Assembly: GCA_052035405.1 (NCBI GenBank)
Contig: JBPOHQ010000004.1
Coordinates: forward strand, 6,687 to 70,686
DNA length: 64,000 nt
DNA from: Candidatus Nomurabacteria bacterium
Lineage (GTDB): Bacteria > Patescibacteriota > Minisyncoccia > Phycocordibacterales > UBA9973
Direction of reading: 5' to 3'
Below, piece after piece: positions 1 through 9,498 of this stretch (positions are counted from its first letter, which is position 1; each line of letters begins with the position of its first letter). The notes beneath the pieces are model-generated. The model saw only the letters and a program-made list of their open reading frames with translations, was not told the DNA's origin and searched no databases. The position numbers and the translations under genes are program-made.

Positions 1-1
1 T

Positions 2-313
2 ACGAGGCATAATATAGAAAAGGTAATAGTCCTACTCTGTCTTGAAGAAAAGTATACTGAAAAGTTAGAACATGACATTAAAGAAGTAGCGTTCAATGAA
101 TTTAGAAAAGAAAAGAAAAGGTTAGATGCCATAAGTAAGAATAATATTGAATTCCAATTCATAAGCAGAAAAGGACTTCTCCAGGATAATATTGATTTTA
201 TCTCTGAACAAAAAGACACCCCGGTGGCTATGATCTTTGCTGGTAAAAAAATGCTTGATTACCACTTGAGTGAGATAAAACAGCTTTCCATTCCTATACG
301 GTTTATCGATTAA
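2..313 (+). CDS. 3' end of a truncated hypothetical protein
   Basis: Open frame from the window edge, TRHNIEKVIVLL...SIPIRFID*, stop TAA at 311-313. Confidence 0.7.
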   Translation, partial: TRHNIEKVIVLLCLEEKYTEKLEHDIKEVAFNEFRKEKKRLDAISKNNIEFQFISRKGLLQDNIDFISEQKDTPVAMIFAGKKMLDYHLSEIKQLSIPIRFID

Positions 314-396
314 AAGAGGTAATGAATTTTTTATTCTTACTGACGCATATTGAGTAAAGAAGGATAATATGGTATCTTTGTAATTGTTTATTGTTT

Positions 397-450
397 TATT
401 GGGAGATCGTCCCTCGGCCGTAGCCTATGGGCGAGGCTAACGGTAGGACA
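397..450 (+). pseudogene. Duplicated 5' fragment of tRNA-Gln interrupted by a 26-nt palindromic insert
   Basis: TATTGGGAGATCGTC + insert (412-437) + TAACGGTAGGACA; flanks identical to 473-500. Confidence 0.85.
412..437. repeat. GC-rich palindromic micro-element, copy 1
   Basis: CCTCGGCCGTAGCCTATGGGCGAGGC; shares both ends with 35193-35222. Confidence 0.8.
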
Positions 451-475
451 TTTTGAAAGTAGTTAAAATAAATAT

Positions 476-546
476 TGGGAGATCGTCTAACGGTAGGACA
501 GAGGCCTTTGAAGCCTTTAATCTAGGTTCGATTCCTAGTCTCCCAG
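476..546 (+). tRNA. tRNA-Gln (anticodon TTG)
   Basis: Cloverleaf: acceptor TGGGAGA/TCTCCCA, anticodon arm GAGGC-CTTTGAA-GCCTT, T arm CTAGG-TTCGATT-CCTAG; CCA not encoded. Confidence 0.97.
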
Positions 547-567
547 CAGATATCGTATGATTTAAAT

Positions 568-1152
568 ATGAATAACGATAATAGGTGGAAAACATATTTT
601 GAAAATACCAAAGACAGCAAACCTAGGCGTTTGCTGGTTGAAGCCATTGGACATGTTAAAGAAAAGAATGAAGCTTTGGATTTAGGTTCAGGAGCATTAA
701 ATGATGTTCGTTATTTAGTATCTCTAGGTTTTAAACATATTACTGCCGTTGATCATGAACCTATTGCAAAAGATATTATTAAACATTTCCCTTCAGACAT
801 TGTGAATTACGTTATTAGTACTTTTGAAGATTTCGAGTTCACTAAAGAAAAGTATGATTTAGTAAATGCACAATTTGCTTTACCTTTTTCACCTCAAGAC
901 ACATTTGAGAAACTATTTGATTCAATTATTTTTTCATTGAAACCAGGTGGTGTATTTACTGGACAATTCTTCGGTATAAGAGACGAATGGAATACTGGCG
1001 ATAAAAATAGAAATTTTCACACAAAAGAGGACGCAGAAAAGTTGCTATCAAAATTGAAAGTTGTTGCTTTTAAAGAAGAAGAGAATGATAAGCCCACAGC
1101 TTCAGGAGTAATGAAACATTGGCACATCTTTCATTTTATTGCTATTAAGTAA
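568..1152 (+). CDS. Class I SAM-dependent methyltransferase (TehB-like)
   Basis: ALDLGSG motif I, TAVD, YDLV. Confidence 0.9.
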   Translation: MNNDNRWKTYFENTKDSKPRRLLVEAIGHVKEKNEALDLGSGALNDVRYLVSLGFKHITAVDHEPIAKDIIKHFPSDIVNYVISTFEDFEFTKEKYDLVNAQFALPFSPQDTFEKLFDSIIFSLKPGGVFTGQFFGIRDEWNTGDKNRNFHTKEDAEKLLSKLKVVAFKEEENDKPTASGVMKHWHIFHFIAIK

Positions 1153-1302
1153 GGTTCCAACATCGTCCCACAATGCCAGCATATCTAAAAAATGTGGCCT
1201 TATGCCATTATTTTTTATATACTTTCTGAGAGCTTGGATGAGAACCGCGGGCCGCAGTCCTCGAAGAGAGGACGAAGGTTTCGAGCACAGTAGTACGAGA
1301 GG

Positions 1303-1321
1303 CGATTCCTAGTCTCCCAGC
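1303..1321 (+). repeat. 19-bp direct repeat of the tRNA-Gln 3' end (att-like)
   Basis: CGATTCCTAGTCTCCCAGC identical to 529-547. Confidence 0.9.
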
Positions 1322-1348
1322 TCGTAGGTTTGTTATATAATTAGCTAT

Positions 1349-1531
1349 ATGCAATCAGAGAAAAAATTAAAAGATGGTGAGCGATGTAATGTTGTTGCCG
1401 GAATACATGCGGGCAAATCTGGTGTAGTGAAGGACATCCATACGAGTAAAACTAGTGCTGTAACTATTACCGTCCTACAAGCCAGTGGTGTAAGATTTAA
1501 AACTCTTGCGAAAAACGTCGAGATAGAATAG
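1349..1531 (+). CDS. Small KOW-motif protein
   Basis: GERCNVVAGIHAGKSGVV is KOW-like; TATAAT 7 nt before the ATG. Confidence 0.75.
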   Translation: MQSEKKLKDGERCNVVAGIHAGKSGVVKDIHTSKTSAVTITVLQASGVRFKTLAKNVEIE

Positions 1532-1619
1532 TTTCAACCTCTTCTCAGAGGTTCAGCAGTCTAATTCAGTTTACAATGTGTATTGTTACAACTGTTTTCG
1601 CCTATGATACAATTCATTA

Positions 1620-2009
1620 ATGAGAAAATTTAAATTCAATAAACTAGTTCGTGATGATATTGCTTTAAATATAGAAAAAAAGGGAGGCAAAGTGATACAA
1701 AAAAAGCTTGATGATTTTGAATTTTTAGAGCAACTCAATTTAAAACTGGTAGAAGAATTTACTGAATATACAAAAGCTAGCAAAGAAGAAATAGTAAGTG
1801 AATTGAGTGATGTCTATGAAGTTTTAGAAAATATTAGAAATACTCTTCATATATCTGAGGCAGAAATAAAAGAAGCAAGAGCGAAAAAAGCAGAGAAAAA
1901 CGGCAGCTTTAAAGATAGAGTATTTATTGATTATATAGAGATAGAAAATAATGACCCATGGCTTCAGTATTATTTAGATAACAAAGACCGTTATCCTGAA
2001 ATTTTGTAG
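1620..2009 (+). CDS. MazG-like / PRA-PH family nucleoside triphosphate pyrophosphohydrolase
   Basis: NKLVRD N-terminus, KLVEE..E...ELSDVYEV. Confidence 0.85.
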   Translation: MRKFKFNKLVRDDIALNIEKKGGKVIQKKLDDFEFLEQLNLKLVEEFTEYTKASKEEIVSELSDVYEVLENIRNTLHISEAEIKEARAKKAEKNGSFKDRVFIDYIEIENNDPWLQYYLDNKDRYPEIL

Positions 2010-2061
2010 CAAGTTTATTTTAAGAGGTTGAGAATCAAACCTCCTGTGATATTATGAAAAT

Positions 2062-2538
2062 ATGATATCAAAAAATACAATTTGTCTTTGGTTTGAAAAA
2101 GATGCCGAAGATGCAGCGAACTTTTATGCTGCTACGTTTCCAGATAGTAAGGTAAATAATATTTTCCATGCACCAAGTGATTTTCCTGGTGGCAAGAAAG
2201 GCGATGTATTAACTGTGGAGTTTACAGTCTGCGGAATTCCTTGTATTGGACTCAACGGTGGCCCTGTGTTTAAGCAAAGTGAAGCTTTTTCTTTCCAGAT
2301 TGCAACGGACAACCAAGAAGAAACAGATAGATATTGGAATGCTATTGTTGGAAATGGTGGAATGGAAAGTGAGTGCGGATGGTGTAAAGATAAGTGGGGA
2401 GTGTCATGGCAGATCACACCACGTACGTTAACTGAAGCACTTCTAATTGGCGGGGAAGAAGCAAAGCGTGCTTTTGACGCTATGATGACTATGAAAAAGA
2501 TAGATGTTGCTGCTATTGATGCGGCACGACAAAGTTAA
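2062..2538 (+). CDS. VOC/PhnB-like protein (3-demethylubiquinone-9 3-methyltransferase family)
   Basis: LNGGP..F..SEAFSFQI, CGWCKDKWGVSWQI. Confidence 0.92.
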   Translation: MISKNTICLWFEKDAEDAANFYAATFPDSKVNNIFHAPSDFPGGKKGDVLTVEFTVCGIPCIGLNGGPVFKQSEAFSFQIATDNQEETDRYWNAIVGNGGMESECGWCKDKWGVSWQITPRTLTEALLIGGEEAKRAFDAMMTMKKIDVAAIDAARQS

Positions 2539-2557
2539 AGACTAAGTATAAATATCC

Positions 2558-2992
2558 ATGCCAGAGCTAAAAACACAAGTGAATAAGGCGAGTGTGAAGA
2601 AATTTTTAACCACGATAAAAGATGTACAGAAGCGTACAGATTGCACTTTCATTTGTGAAATGATGGAAAAAATAACTAAAGCAAAACCAGAGATGTGGGG
2701 TGCATCAATTGTTGGTTTTGGTCGCAGGAAGTATACCTATGCAAATGGAAAAGTTGCTGAATGGATGGTGATAGGTTTTGCTCCACGTAAACAAAATATT
2801 GCACTCTATGGATTAAAAGTTTTCACTATGACTCATGCTGGTTTAAAAGAAGTGAAAGGAGAAAACGATTTTCTCTTAAAATTAGGTAAGTATAAAGAAG
2901 GCGGAGGGTGTCTCTATATTAATAAACTTTCTGATATCAATACAAAAGAGCTTGAAAAGGTAATTAAACTCGCAGCACGTCGTAATAAATAA
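2558..2992 (+). CDS. DUF1801 (YdhG-like) protein
   Basis: MWGASIVGFG, GFAPRKQNIALY, GCLYINKLSD. Confidence 0.88.
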   Translation: MPELKTQVNKASVKKFLTTIKDVQKRTDCTFICEMMEKITKAKPEMWGASIVGFGRRKYTYANGKVAEWMVIGFAPRKQNIALYGLKVFTMTHAGLKEVKGENDFLLKLGKYKEGGGCLYINKLSDINTKELEKVIKLAARRNK

Positions 2993-3000
2993 AAATTTTT

Positions 3001-3252
3001 ATGGCTAAAAAAGAAGTTGTTACTAAACAAATACATGCATTGCCACAGGATTTTAAAAAAGCCTTATGGCAAGTCCCTGAAGTAAAGGCATTATGGGATG
3101 ACATTACACCACTTGCACGAAATGAGTGGATTTGTTGGGTCACTTCTGGTAAGAAAGTAGAGACTAGAAACATTCGTATTGAAAAAGCAATTTCAAAACT
3201 TAGAGGTGGAATGCGTAGACCTTGCTGTTGGGCTGGGTGTCCACATCGTTAA
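3001..3252 (+). CDS. YdeI/OmpD-associated family protein
   Basis: TPLARNEWICWVTSGKK..TR, RRPCCWAGC. Confidence 0.88.
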   Translation: MAKKEVVTKQIHALPQDFKKALWQVPEVKALWDDITPLARNEWICWVTSGKKVETRNIRIEKAISKLRGGMRRPCCWAGCPHR

Positions 3253-3321
3253 ATATCTTGTAAATAGATTATTTCAATGTTTTTTATTATTTTATAAAAC
3301 TATTTTTGCCACATACTAATT

Positions 3322-4125
3322 ATGCGATTACAAAAAGAATCAATTAAATCAGGAATGCATGAGTTTTTGATTTTTGGTTTAAAACAAGCTCAGGCAGCTA
3401 TATTTGCTGGATCTTTTTTTGTCCTTCTTTTTCTTTCGAATCATATTCCGCTTTTTGGGTTAGCTCGATATGATTTTCTTTTTATTGCGGCTGTCATAAT
3501 CCAGGCAGTGCTGTATTTCACTAAACTAGAGACAAAAGATGAAGTGAAAGTGATCTTTTTATTTCACATCATAGGACTTGTTTTGGAGCTATATAAAACA
3601 AGTCCTGGAGTTGGTTCATGGAGTTATCCCGAAGATGCAGTATTTAAAATACTTACGGTGCCACTATATAGCGGATTTATGTACGCAGCGATCGGAAGCT
3701 ATATCAGTCAGTCGTGGAAAATACATAAGTTGGAAATGGTAAACTACTCAAATTACATGCTCAGTGTTTTACTCTGTATTCTTATCTACGTTAATTTTTT
3801 CACTAATCATTATATATATGATTTTCGATATTTCCTTATTGCTGCTGTTTTTATTGTATTTTGGAAAACAAAGGTGTATTTCACCGTCACAAATGTGCGT
3901 CGTTCCATGCCGCTTAATCTCGCGTTTCTTTTGATTGCTTTTTTTATATGGATTGCGGAGAATATTTCTACGTATTTTGGGGCATGGCAGTATCCTAATC
4001 AAGTCCATTCTTGGACGGTGGTCTCTACAAGCAAGATAACCTCTTGGTTTTTAATGGTTATTATTAGCTTTATCTTAGTAGCGTATTTAAAGCATTATAA
4101 GAAAAATATGTTGTCAAAGAGATAA
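3322..4125 (+). CDS. DUF817 membrane protein
   Basis: RYD, GSWSYP, VPLYSGFMYAAIGSY, WIAENI.T..GAW.YPNQ. Confidence 0.9.
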   Translation: MRLQKESIKSGMHEFLIFGLKQAQAAIFAGSFFVLLFLSNHIPLFGLARYDFLFIAAVIIQAVLYFTKLETKDEVKVIFLFHIIGLVLELYKTSPGVGSWSYPEDAVFKILTVPLYSGFMYAAIGSYISQSWKIHKLEMVNYSNYMLSVLLCILIYVNFFTNHYIYDFRYFLIAAVFIVFWKTKVYFTVTNVRRSMPLNLAFLLIAFFIWIAENISTYFGAWQYPNQVHSWTVVSTSKITSWFLMVIISFILVAYLKHYKKNMLSKR

Positions 4126-4166
4126 ATTTTTGTACTTTTTTATTAAAAAGTTATAATATTCGATGT

Positions 4167-5072
4167 ATGGCAAAAATATACAGCAAAGCGTATTTTGGGG
4201 ATAAAATTATTCCTATAGAGGAAGCAAATTTAAGTGTAGCAAGTTCTGCCGTCTTGTACGGACTCAGTATTTATACAGTTTTTCCTGTGGTTACTACCCA
4301 AAACGGTCCTGCAGCATTTAGACTTGAAGATCATTACGAAAGGTTGGTAAATTCAGCAAAAATAATAGGGATAGATACTTTTGAAATTAATTGGGATTAT
4401 GAGAAATTTAAAAATGCAGTAAAAGAATTAGTGCGTGCAAATACACTCGAGCAAAAAGTATTTGTCCGTGCGACAATACATGTCTCTGACCTTGTTGCAG
4501 GCACTCGTTCACGAGGACTCAATACTATTCTCAGTATGTTTATATATGAAGCCAAACCAATAGTCCCTCAAGACGGTGCACGGTTAAAAACGAGCGTCTG
4601 GCGACGAGTGCCCGACTATGCGATACCTTCTCGTGCGAAAGTAAACGGTGCATACGTGAACTCAGTATTAGGGAAACAAGATGCTATTGATAGTGGATAT
4701 GATGATTGTCTTTTCTTAGATAGCTCTGGTCACGTGTGCGAACTTTCCGCGGCAAATATTTTCATTGTTCGAGATGGGGTACTGTACACTCCAGCACGTT
4801 CTAGTGATATCCTCGAAGGAATCAATCGAAAGACCGTGCTCGAGATCGCACAAGAATTACAAATACCGACAGTAGAGGGGACGATTGATCTGACTGAGCT
4901 CTATATTGCTCATGAAGTGTTTGCTTGTGGTACCTCTGCCTTTATTGCACCAGTTAAAGAGATCGATGCTCGAAAGATAGGAGACGGAGAAAATCCCATA
5001 ACTAAACGTATTAAAGAAAAATACGAGCAAATATTTAAAGGGGAAGATCGTACATATCTAACTGCATTATAG
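4167..5072 (+). CDS. ilvE: Class IV PLP aminotransferase (branched-chain aminotransferase-like)
   Basis: FRLEDHYERL, AKVNGAYVNS, ELSAANIF, ILEGINR, CGT. Confidence 0.85.
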   Translation: MAKIYSKAYFGDKIIPIEEANLSVASSAVLYGLSIYTVFPVVTTQNGPAAFRLEDHYERLVNSAKIIGIDTFEINWDYEKFKNAVKELVRANTLEQKVFVRATIHVSDLVAGTRSRGLNTILSMFIYEAKPIVPQDGARLKTSVWRRVPDYAIPSRAKVNGAYVNSVLGKQDAIDSGYDDCLFLDSSGHVCELSAANIFIVRDGVLYTPARSSDILEGINRKTVLEIAQELQIPTVEGTIDLTELYIAHEVFACGTSAFIAPVKEIDARKIGDGENPITKRIKEKYEQIFKGEDRTYLTAL

Positions 5073-5156
5073 TAATTAAAGCCAATAAAACACTTATTTT
5101 ACTATTTAAATAATAAATAATTTTTTGTTTTTATTGATAAATGTTAGTATGTACAA

Positions 5157-6899
5157 ATGAAAACTTTGTATGCATACTTAAAAAAATACTGGAAATTGTG
5201 TTTAGGTGTTCTTGTGCTCGCCGCTATTAATCAAGTTTTTTCTCTGATTGACCCACTTATCTTTCAACGGATCATCGACGAATATGCAACAAAACCTGAG
5301 GCATACAACTCAGCAGAGTTTTTTCATGGAGTGATAAAACTTCTCTTACTTGCTATAGGTATCGTATTTGTTTCTCGGGTCGCAAAGAATTTTCAAGATT
5401 ACTATTTAAACATGGTTACCCAACGCTCTGGGGCTGATATGTATCAGTCTGGAGTGAAACATTCACTACTTTTACCATACGAAGTTTTTGAGGATCAAAG
5501 AAGTGGAGAAACCCTTGGTATATTGCAAAAAGCACGAGCAGATGCTGAAAAATATTTGAATCTTTTAATAAATATTGTTTTCATCTCTGTCATTGGATTT
5601 GTCTTTGTGTCTATTTATGCTGCGACGCTCTACTGGGGTGTAGCTCTCGCGTATGCACTTACCGTACCTGTAGTAGGAGGCCTGAGTTATTTCCTTACTC
5701 AAAAAGTAAAGAAAATACAAAAAGAGATAGTAGGGGAGACAACGGCACTCGCTGGCTCTACGACTGAGTCTTTGAGAAATATCGAGCTTGTTAAAAGTTT
5801 GGGACTTGCTGAACAAGAAATAAATAGACTAAACAATACGACGGGTAAGATTTTGCAACTCGAGTTAAAAAAATTACGATACGTTAGAAGTATCAGCTTT
5901 GTGCAAGGTACGATGATTAACCTGTTGCGTAATGCAATACTGCTATTTCTGTTGTATTTAGTGTTTGTAAAAACAATATCCTTTGGGCAATTTTTCTCAT
6001 TGTATATCTACTCGTTCTATGTTTTTGGACCATTGCAAGAAATAGGTACAGTTATCACAGCGTATCGAGAAGCGGAAGTTTCTATGAATAAATTCAGAGA
6101 AATTATGGATACTCCGATAGAAATAGTACCTAATCACCCAACACACTTGGATAGAGTCGAACAGTTGTCGTTTAAAAACGTCTCCTTTAAATACAAAAAT
6201 GCAAACAATGAAGCTTTGGAAAATATTTCTTTTAATTTGAAAAAAGGAGAGACGATAGCTTTCGTTGGTCCATCCGGATCTGGAAAAACAAGTTTGGTTA
6301 AGTTGCTTGTGGGACTATACCAACCGGTGACTGGGGAGGTTTCATATAATGATATACGTAGTAGGGATATAAACTTAGATGAACTTCGTTCTCAGATTGG
6401 ATTCGTGACTCAAGATACACAACTCTTTGCTGGTACCATAAAAGAAAATTTACTTTTCGTAAATCCAAAAGCAACTGATGAGGAAATGCTTGATGTGCTA
6501 CATAGAAGTGCGTGTGATGGACTTTTGGCACGTGCAGAAAAAGGACTCGATACGACAATAGGTGAAGGCGGAGTAAAAATTTCAGGTGGAGAAAAGCAGA
6601 GACTTTCTATTGCTCGAGCATTGCTGCGTAAGCCGACTATCTTAGTCTTTGATGAAGCGACTTCAGCACTAGACTCAATAACTGAAGAAGAAATCACAAA
6701 AACAGTAAAAGAGCTGTCTTCAAATAACATGCATCTAACGATACTCATTGCTCATAGACTCTCTACTATCATGCATGCAGATAAAATTTATGTGTTAGAA
6801 AAAGGAAATGTAAGTGAGAATGGAAGTCACGCAGAACTCTTGGCACAAAAAGGATTGTATTATGCAATGTGGCGTCAACAAGTGGGAGAACGAGTATAG
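5157..6899 (+). CDS. ABC exporter, fused permease/ATPase
   Basis: N-terminal TM domain; GPSGSGKT, ISGGEKQR, VFDEATS, IAHRL. Confidence 0.95.
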   Translation: MKTLYAYLKKYWKLCLGVLVLAAINQVFSLIDPLIFQRIIDEYATKPEAYNSAEFFHGVIKLLLLAIGIVFVSRVAKNFQDYYLNMVTQRSGADMYQSGVKHSLLLPYEVFEDQRSGETLGILQKARADAEKYLNLLINIVFISVIGFVFVSIYAATLYWGVALAYALTVPVVGGLSYFLTQKVKKIQKEIVGETTALAGSTTESLRNIELVKSLGLAEQEINRLNNTTGKILQLELKKLRYVRSISFVQGTMINLLRNAILLFLLYLVFVKTISFGQFFSLYIYSFYVFGPLQEIGTVITAYREAEVSMNKFREIMDTPIEIVPNHPTHLDRVEQLSFKNVSFKYKNANNEALENISFNLKKGETIAFVGPSGSGKTSLVKLLVGLYQPVTGEVSYNDIRSRDINLDELRSQIGFVTQDTQLFAGTIKENLLFVNPKATDEEMLDVLHRSACDGLLARAEKGLDTTIGEGGVKISGGEKQRLSIARALLRKPTILVFDEATSALDSITEEEITKTVKELSSNNMHLTILIAHRLSTIMHADKIYVLEKGNVSENGSHAELLAQKGLYYAMWRQQVGERV

Positions 6900-6939
6900 C
6901 TTGTGTAAATTTTCAATTTAGATAATACTGGTATTGTAG

Positions 6940-7869
6940 ATGAAAAAAGAATATAAAATAATAATAGCTGTTTTTGGCCTTGTTGTTATAGGTACAGCTT
7001 TTTATCATAATTTTACTTCGAATAGAACGAACTCTATTTTTAGTAATTCTCAACTTGCTCAAAGTTTGACCCCTGCACAAGTAGAAGAAGTAATACACCA
7101 ACCGGAAATCTCTCTTTTAGGTAAAGCAGAAGTAAGTTACGCCGGAGGCATATTAAATAGAAATAATAATATTGAAATCGGAATAGCAAAGATTAATGGT
7201 ACTGTAGTGCACCCCGGAGAAGAATTTTCTTTTCTTAAGACGCTGGGTCCTGTTTTAGAGAGCTCTGGTTTTAAGGAGGCTAAATCTTTTTATATGGGAG
7301 AAGTAGTACTTGGACTTGGTGGAGGTCTTTGTCATGTTTCTACAACTCTTTTTCAGAGTTTACTGTATGCTGGGCTTCCTATAACAGAGAGACACAACCA
7401 CACGTTTACTGTACCGTATTACAGGATGGGTCTAGATGCTACTATTTCTAGTGTTGGCCCAGATCTTAAATTTATAAATGATACAGGGTACGATATTACA
7501 ATAAACGGTTATACAAAAGACAAGGTAGCGGTATTTGAAATTTATGGAGTAAGTGACGGACGAGAGAGTGTAATCAGTGAGCCAGATTATATTGATTATA
7601 AAGAACCTCCTTCTACGAAATTTATAGCTTCTAGGACTTTACCTGTTGGAGTAAAAAAGTGTGAAAATTCTAGGCAAGCAGGTTTTTCAGTTCGAAGGTT
7701 TTATGAAGTTCTTTATAAAGATGGCACAAGCAACATAACTGAATTTTTGTCAAATTATAAACCATTGGGTCTTACTTGTTTTATTGGGGTAGACAATACG
7801 ACAGACTTTACTGGTTGTACAGCGAAAACCATATATAGTCCAAAGACAGGAGTAAAATGTCCTGTTTAG
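6940..7869 (+). CDS. VanW family protein
   Basis: PGEEFSF, GGGLCHVSTTLF, ERHNH, GLDATI, DLKFINDT. Confidence 0.92.
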   Translation: MKKEYKIIIAVFGLVVIGTAFYHNFTSNRTNSIFSNSQLAQSLTPAQVEEVIHQPEISLLGKAEVSYAGGILNRNNNIEIGIAKINGTVVHPGEEFSFLKTLGPVLESSGFKEAKSFYMGEVVLGLGGGLCHVSTTLFQSLLYAGLPITERHNHTFTVPYYRMGLDATISSVGPDLKFINDTGYDITINGYTKDKVAVFEIYGVSDGRESVISEPDYIDYKEPPSTKFIASRTLPVGVKKCENSRQAGFSVRRFYEVLYKDGTSNITEFLSNYKPLGLTCFIGVDNTTDFTGCTAKTIYSPKTGVKCPV

Positions 7870-7937
7870 CAAGTATCACTTAACTATTGTTATTATAAAA
7901 GTTGTGATAAATATAGTTAAATAATATAATTATAAAT

Positions 7938-8789
7938 ATGAATATAAAAAATTTTTTTAAAAAAATAGGTCTTACCTTCTATTCAAGTAATTTGTATAGT
8001 CAAGCTAGAGATAGGTCTGTTGGTAACGGACTTACATTCTTGCTTAAAGTACTACTTTTTCTATCTTTAATTTTCTCTTTAATTATTTTTTTACTGTATA
8101 TACTTTTTGCTCCAAAAATGGAAAAGCAACTTTTGGATTACGTAGAAAAATCATACCCAAATGATTTAGTTGTAACCATTAAAGATAAAACCTTATCTAC
8201 AAATACGAACGAACCGGTATTTTTCCCTGTAATTGGAGACATGCATCAGTTGAAAAATAATGTAAAACAAAATATTGTTGTACTTGCTCCAAATGAATCA
8301 TCTGCGGACATAGAGTTACTTTCTAAATATGATACCTATATGATAGTAACCTCAAAATCAATTCTTGCCCAAAATGCAGAATCAGAGTTCCGTACTTATT
8401 TATTAAATTATGAAAATGTTGACATTAATAAATCAAAAGTAACTGAGATTGTTATAAAAATATTTAAAACACTTATGCCTGTTGTGCTTATATTTTCTAT
8501 TCCATCATTTTTGTTTATATTAGGTGCTCTTACAATAAAACATCTTGTCACGCTTCTCTTTGTTAGTTTTCTTTTGTATGGCATATTTAAATTTCAAAAT
8601 ATAAATATAACTTATAAACAAGTATATAGGATGGGAGTCTATAGTGTTGTTCCAGTTCTTTTAATTAGTATAATATTATTTCCATTTCACTTAGGAAGTA
8701 CAATGTTAGATGTGTTTATCATGCTTGCTGTGTTACTTTACGTAAACAAAGATCGGCAAGAAGAAAATGCAATTCAACCAGTTGAATAA
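7938..8789 (+). CDS. Membrane protein (DUF1189-like)
   Basis: N-terminal TM, soluble loop, several C-terminal TMs. Confidence 0.65.
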   Translation: MNIKNFFKKIGLTFYSSNLYSQARDRSVGNGLTFLLKVLLFLSLIFSLIIFLLYILFAPKMEKQLLDYVEKSYPNDLVVTIKDKTLSTNTNEPVFFPVIGDMHQLKNNVKQNIVVLAPNESSADIELLSKYDTYMIVTSKSILAQNAESEFRTYLLNYENVDINKSKVTEIVIKIFKTLMPVVLIFSIPSFLFILGALTIKHLVTLLFVSFLLYGIFKFQNINITYKQVYRMGVYSVVPVLLISIILFPFHLGSTMLDVFIMLAVLLYVNKDRQEENAIQPVE

Positions 8790-8841
8790 ATATCTAAAGA
8801 TATTCAAGAAAAAGATAATTTTCACGTAAATTAATTTTTTT

Positions 8842-8867
8842 TGAAATAAATTTTATTCTCATGTGTA
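8842..8867 (+). promoter_or_regulatory. Putative ECF (SigW-like) promoter TGAAAT-N16-TGTA
   Basis: Same motif and spacing at 9459-9484 before the ECF gene; resembles SigW TGAAAC-N16-CGTA. Confidence 0.7.
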
Positions 8868-8951
8868 TTAATATGTGAGAATGAAAGTGTTAAGATCTTT
8901 TATTCTCCCATGCATGGGTATTACACATAGAATCTTAAATGAATTATTGTT

Positions 8952-9386
8952 ATGAAAAAAATGAAAAAGAGAGTTGCCATACCTCTGGCAGCTTTAATTT
9001 TACTGAGCGGTGGTGTAATAGGTGGATATGCTAGTGTTGTCGGTGCACAAGAAAACAGCACTGCTACAAATATTACAGCAAAAAGTACTGCAGAGGGTAC
9101 GTTTCGTAAGGGTGGTAAAGGTTTTGGTTTTCATGGGAAAACTGAACATGGTGTTATGGGTAAAGTGACAGCCGTTAATGGAACAGTAATCACTGTTACA
9201 GATAAAAATGGTGCTACATTTACTGTTAATGCCGAAAGTGCAAAAGTTGAAAAAAGAGTGGTAGGAGTGCTTGGTGATGTAGTTGTAGGTGATTCTATAG
9301 GTGTACATGGTACAGTCTCTGGGAACACCGTTGCTGCTACTCATATAATGGACGACTTGCCATTAGCACCTCCTCAAAAAAACTAA
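8952..9386 (+). CDS. Secreted DUF5666-like (OB-fold) protein
   Basis: Signal peptide; GKVTAVNGT.ITV, VGD.I.V.G. Confidence 0.7.
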   Translation: MKKMKKRVAIPLAALILLSGGVIGGYASVVGAQENSTATNITAKSTAEGTFRKGGKGFGFHGKTEHGVMGKVTAVNGTVITVTDKNGATFTVNAESAKVEKRVVGVLGDVVVGDSIGVHGTVSGNTVAATHIMDDLPLAPPQKN

Positions 9387-9423
9387 TAAAATAAATCTCA
9401 TACAATAATAAATTTCGACTTAC

Positions 9424-9451
9424 AAAACCCCTTATGTTATAAGGGGTTTTG
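9424..9451 (+). terminator. Intrinsic terminator
   Basis: AAAACCCCTTAT-GTT-ATAAGGGGTTTT. Confidence 0.8.
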
Positions 9452-9458
9452 CTGTTTT

Positions 9459-9484
9459 TGAAATAAAAATGATATTAAGGTGTA
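9459..9484 (+). promoter_or_regulatory. Putative autoregulatory ECF promoter
   Basis: TGAAAT-N16-TGTA, 14 nt before the GTG start. Confidence 0.7.
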
Positions 9485-9498
9485 TTATTATTGTATAA

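Noticed and set aside
1153-1186. GGTTCC...CCAGCATATC as another degenerate tRNA-end repeat
   Set aside because: Similarity is too short and gapped to tell from chance.
1226-1321. Second intact tRNA
   Set aside because: Only 19 nt of the 3' end match; no D-arm or anticodon arm.
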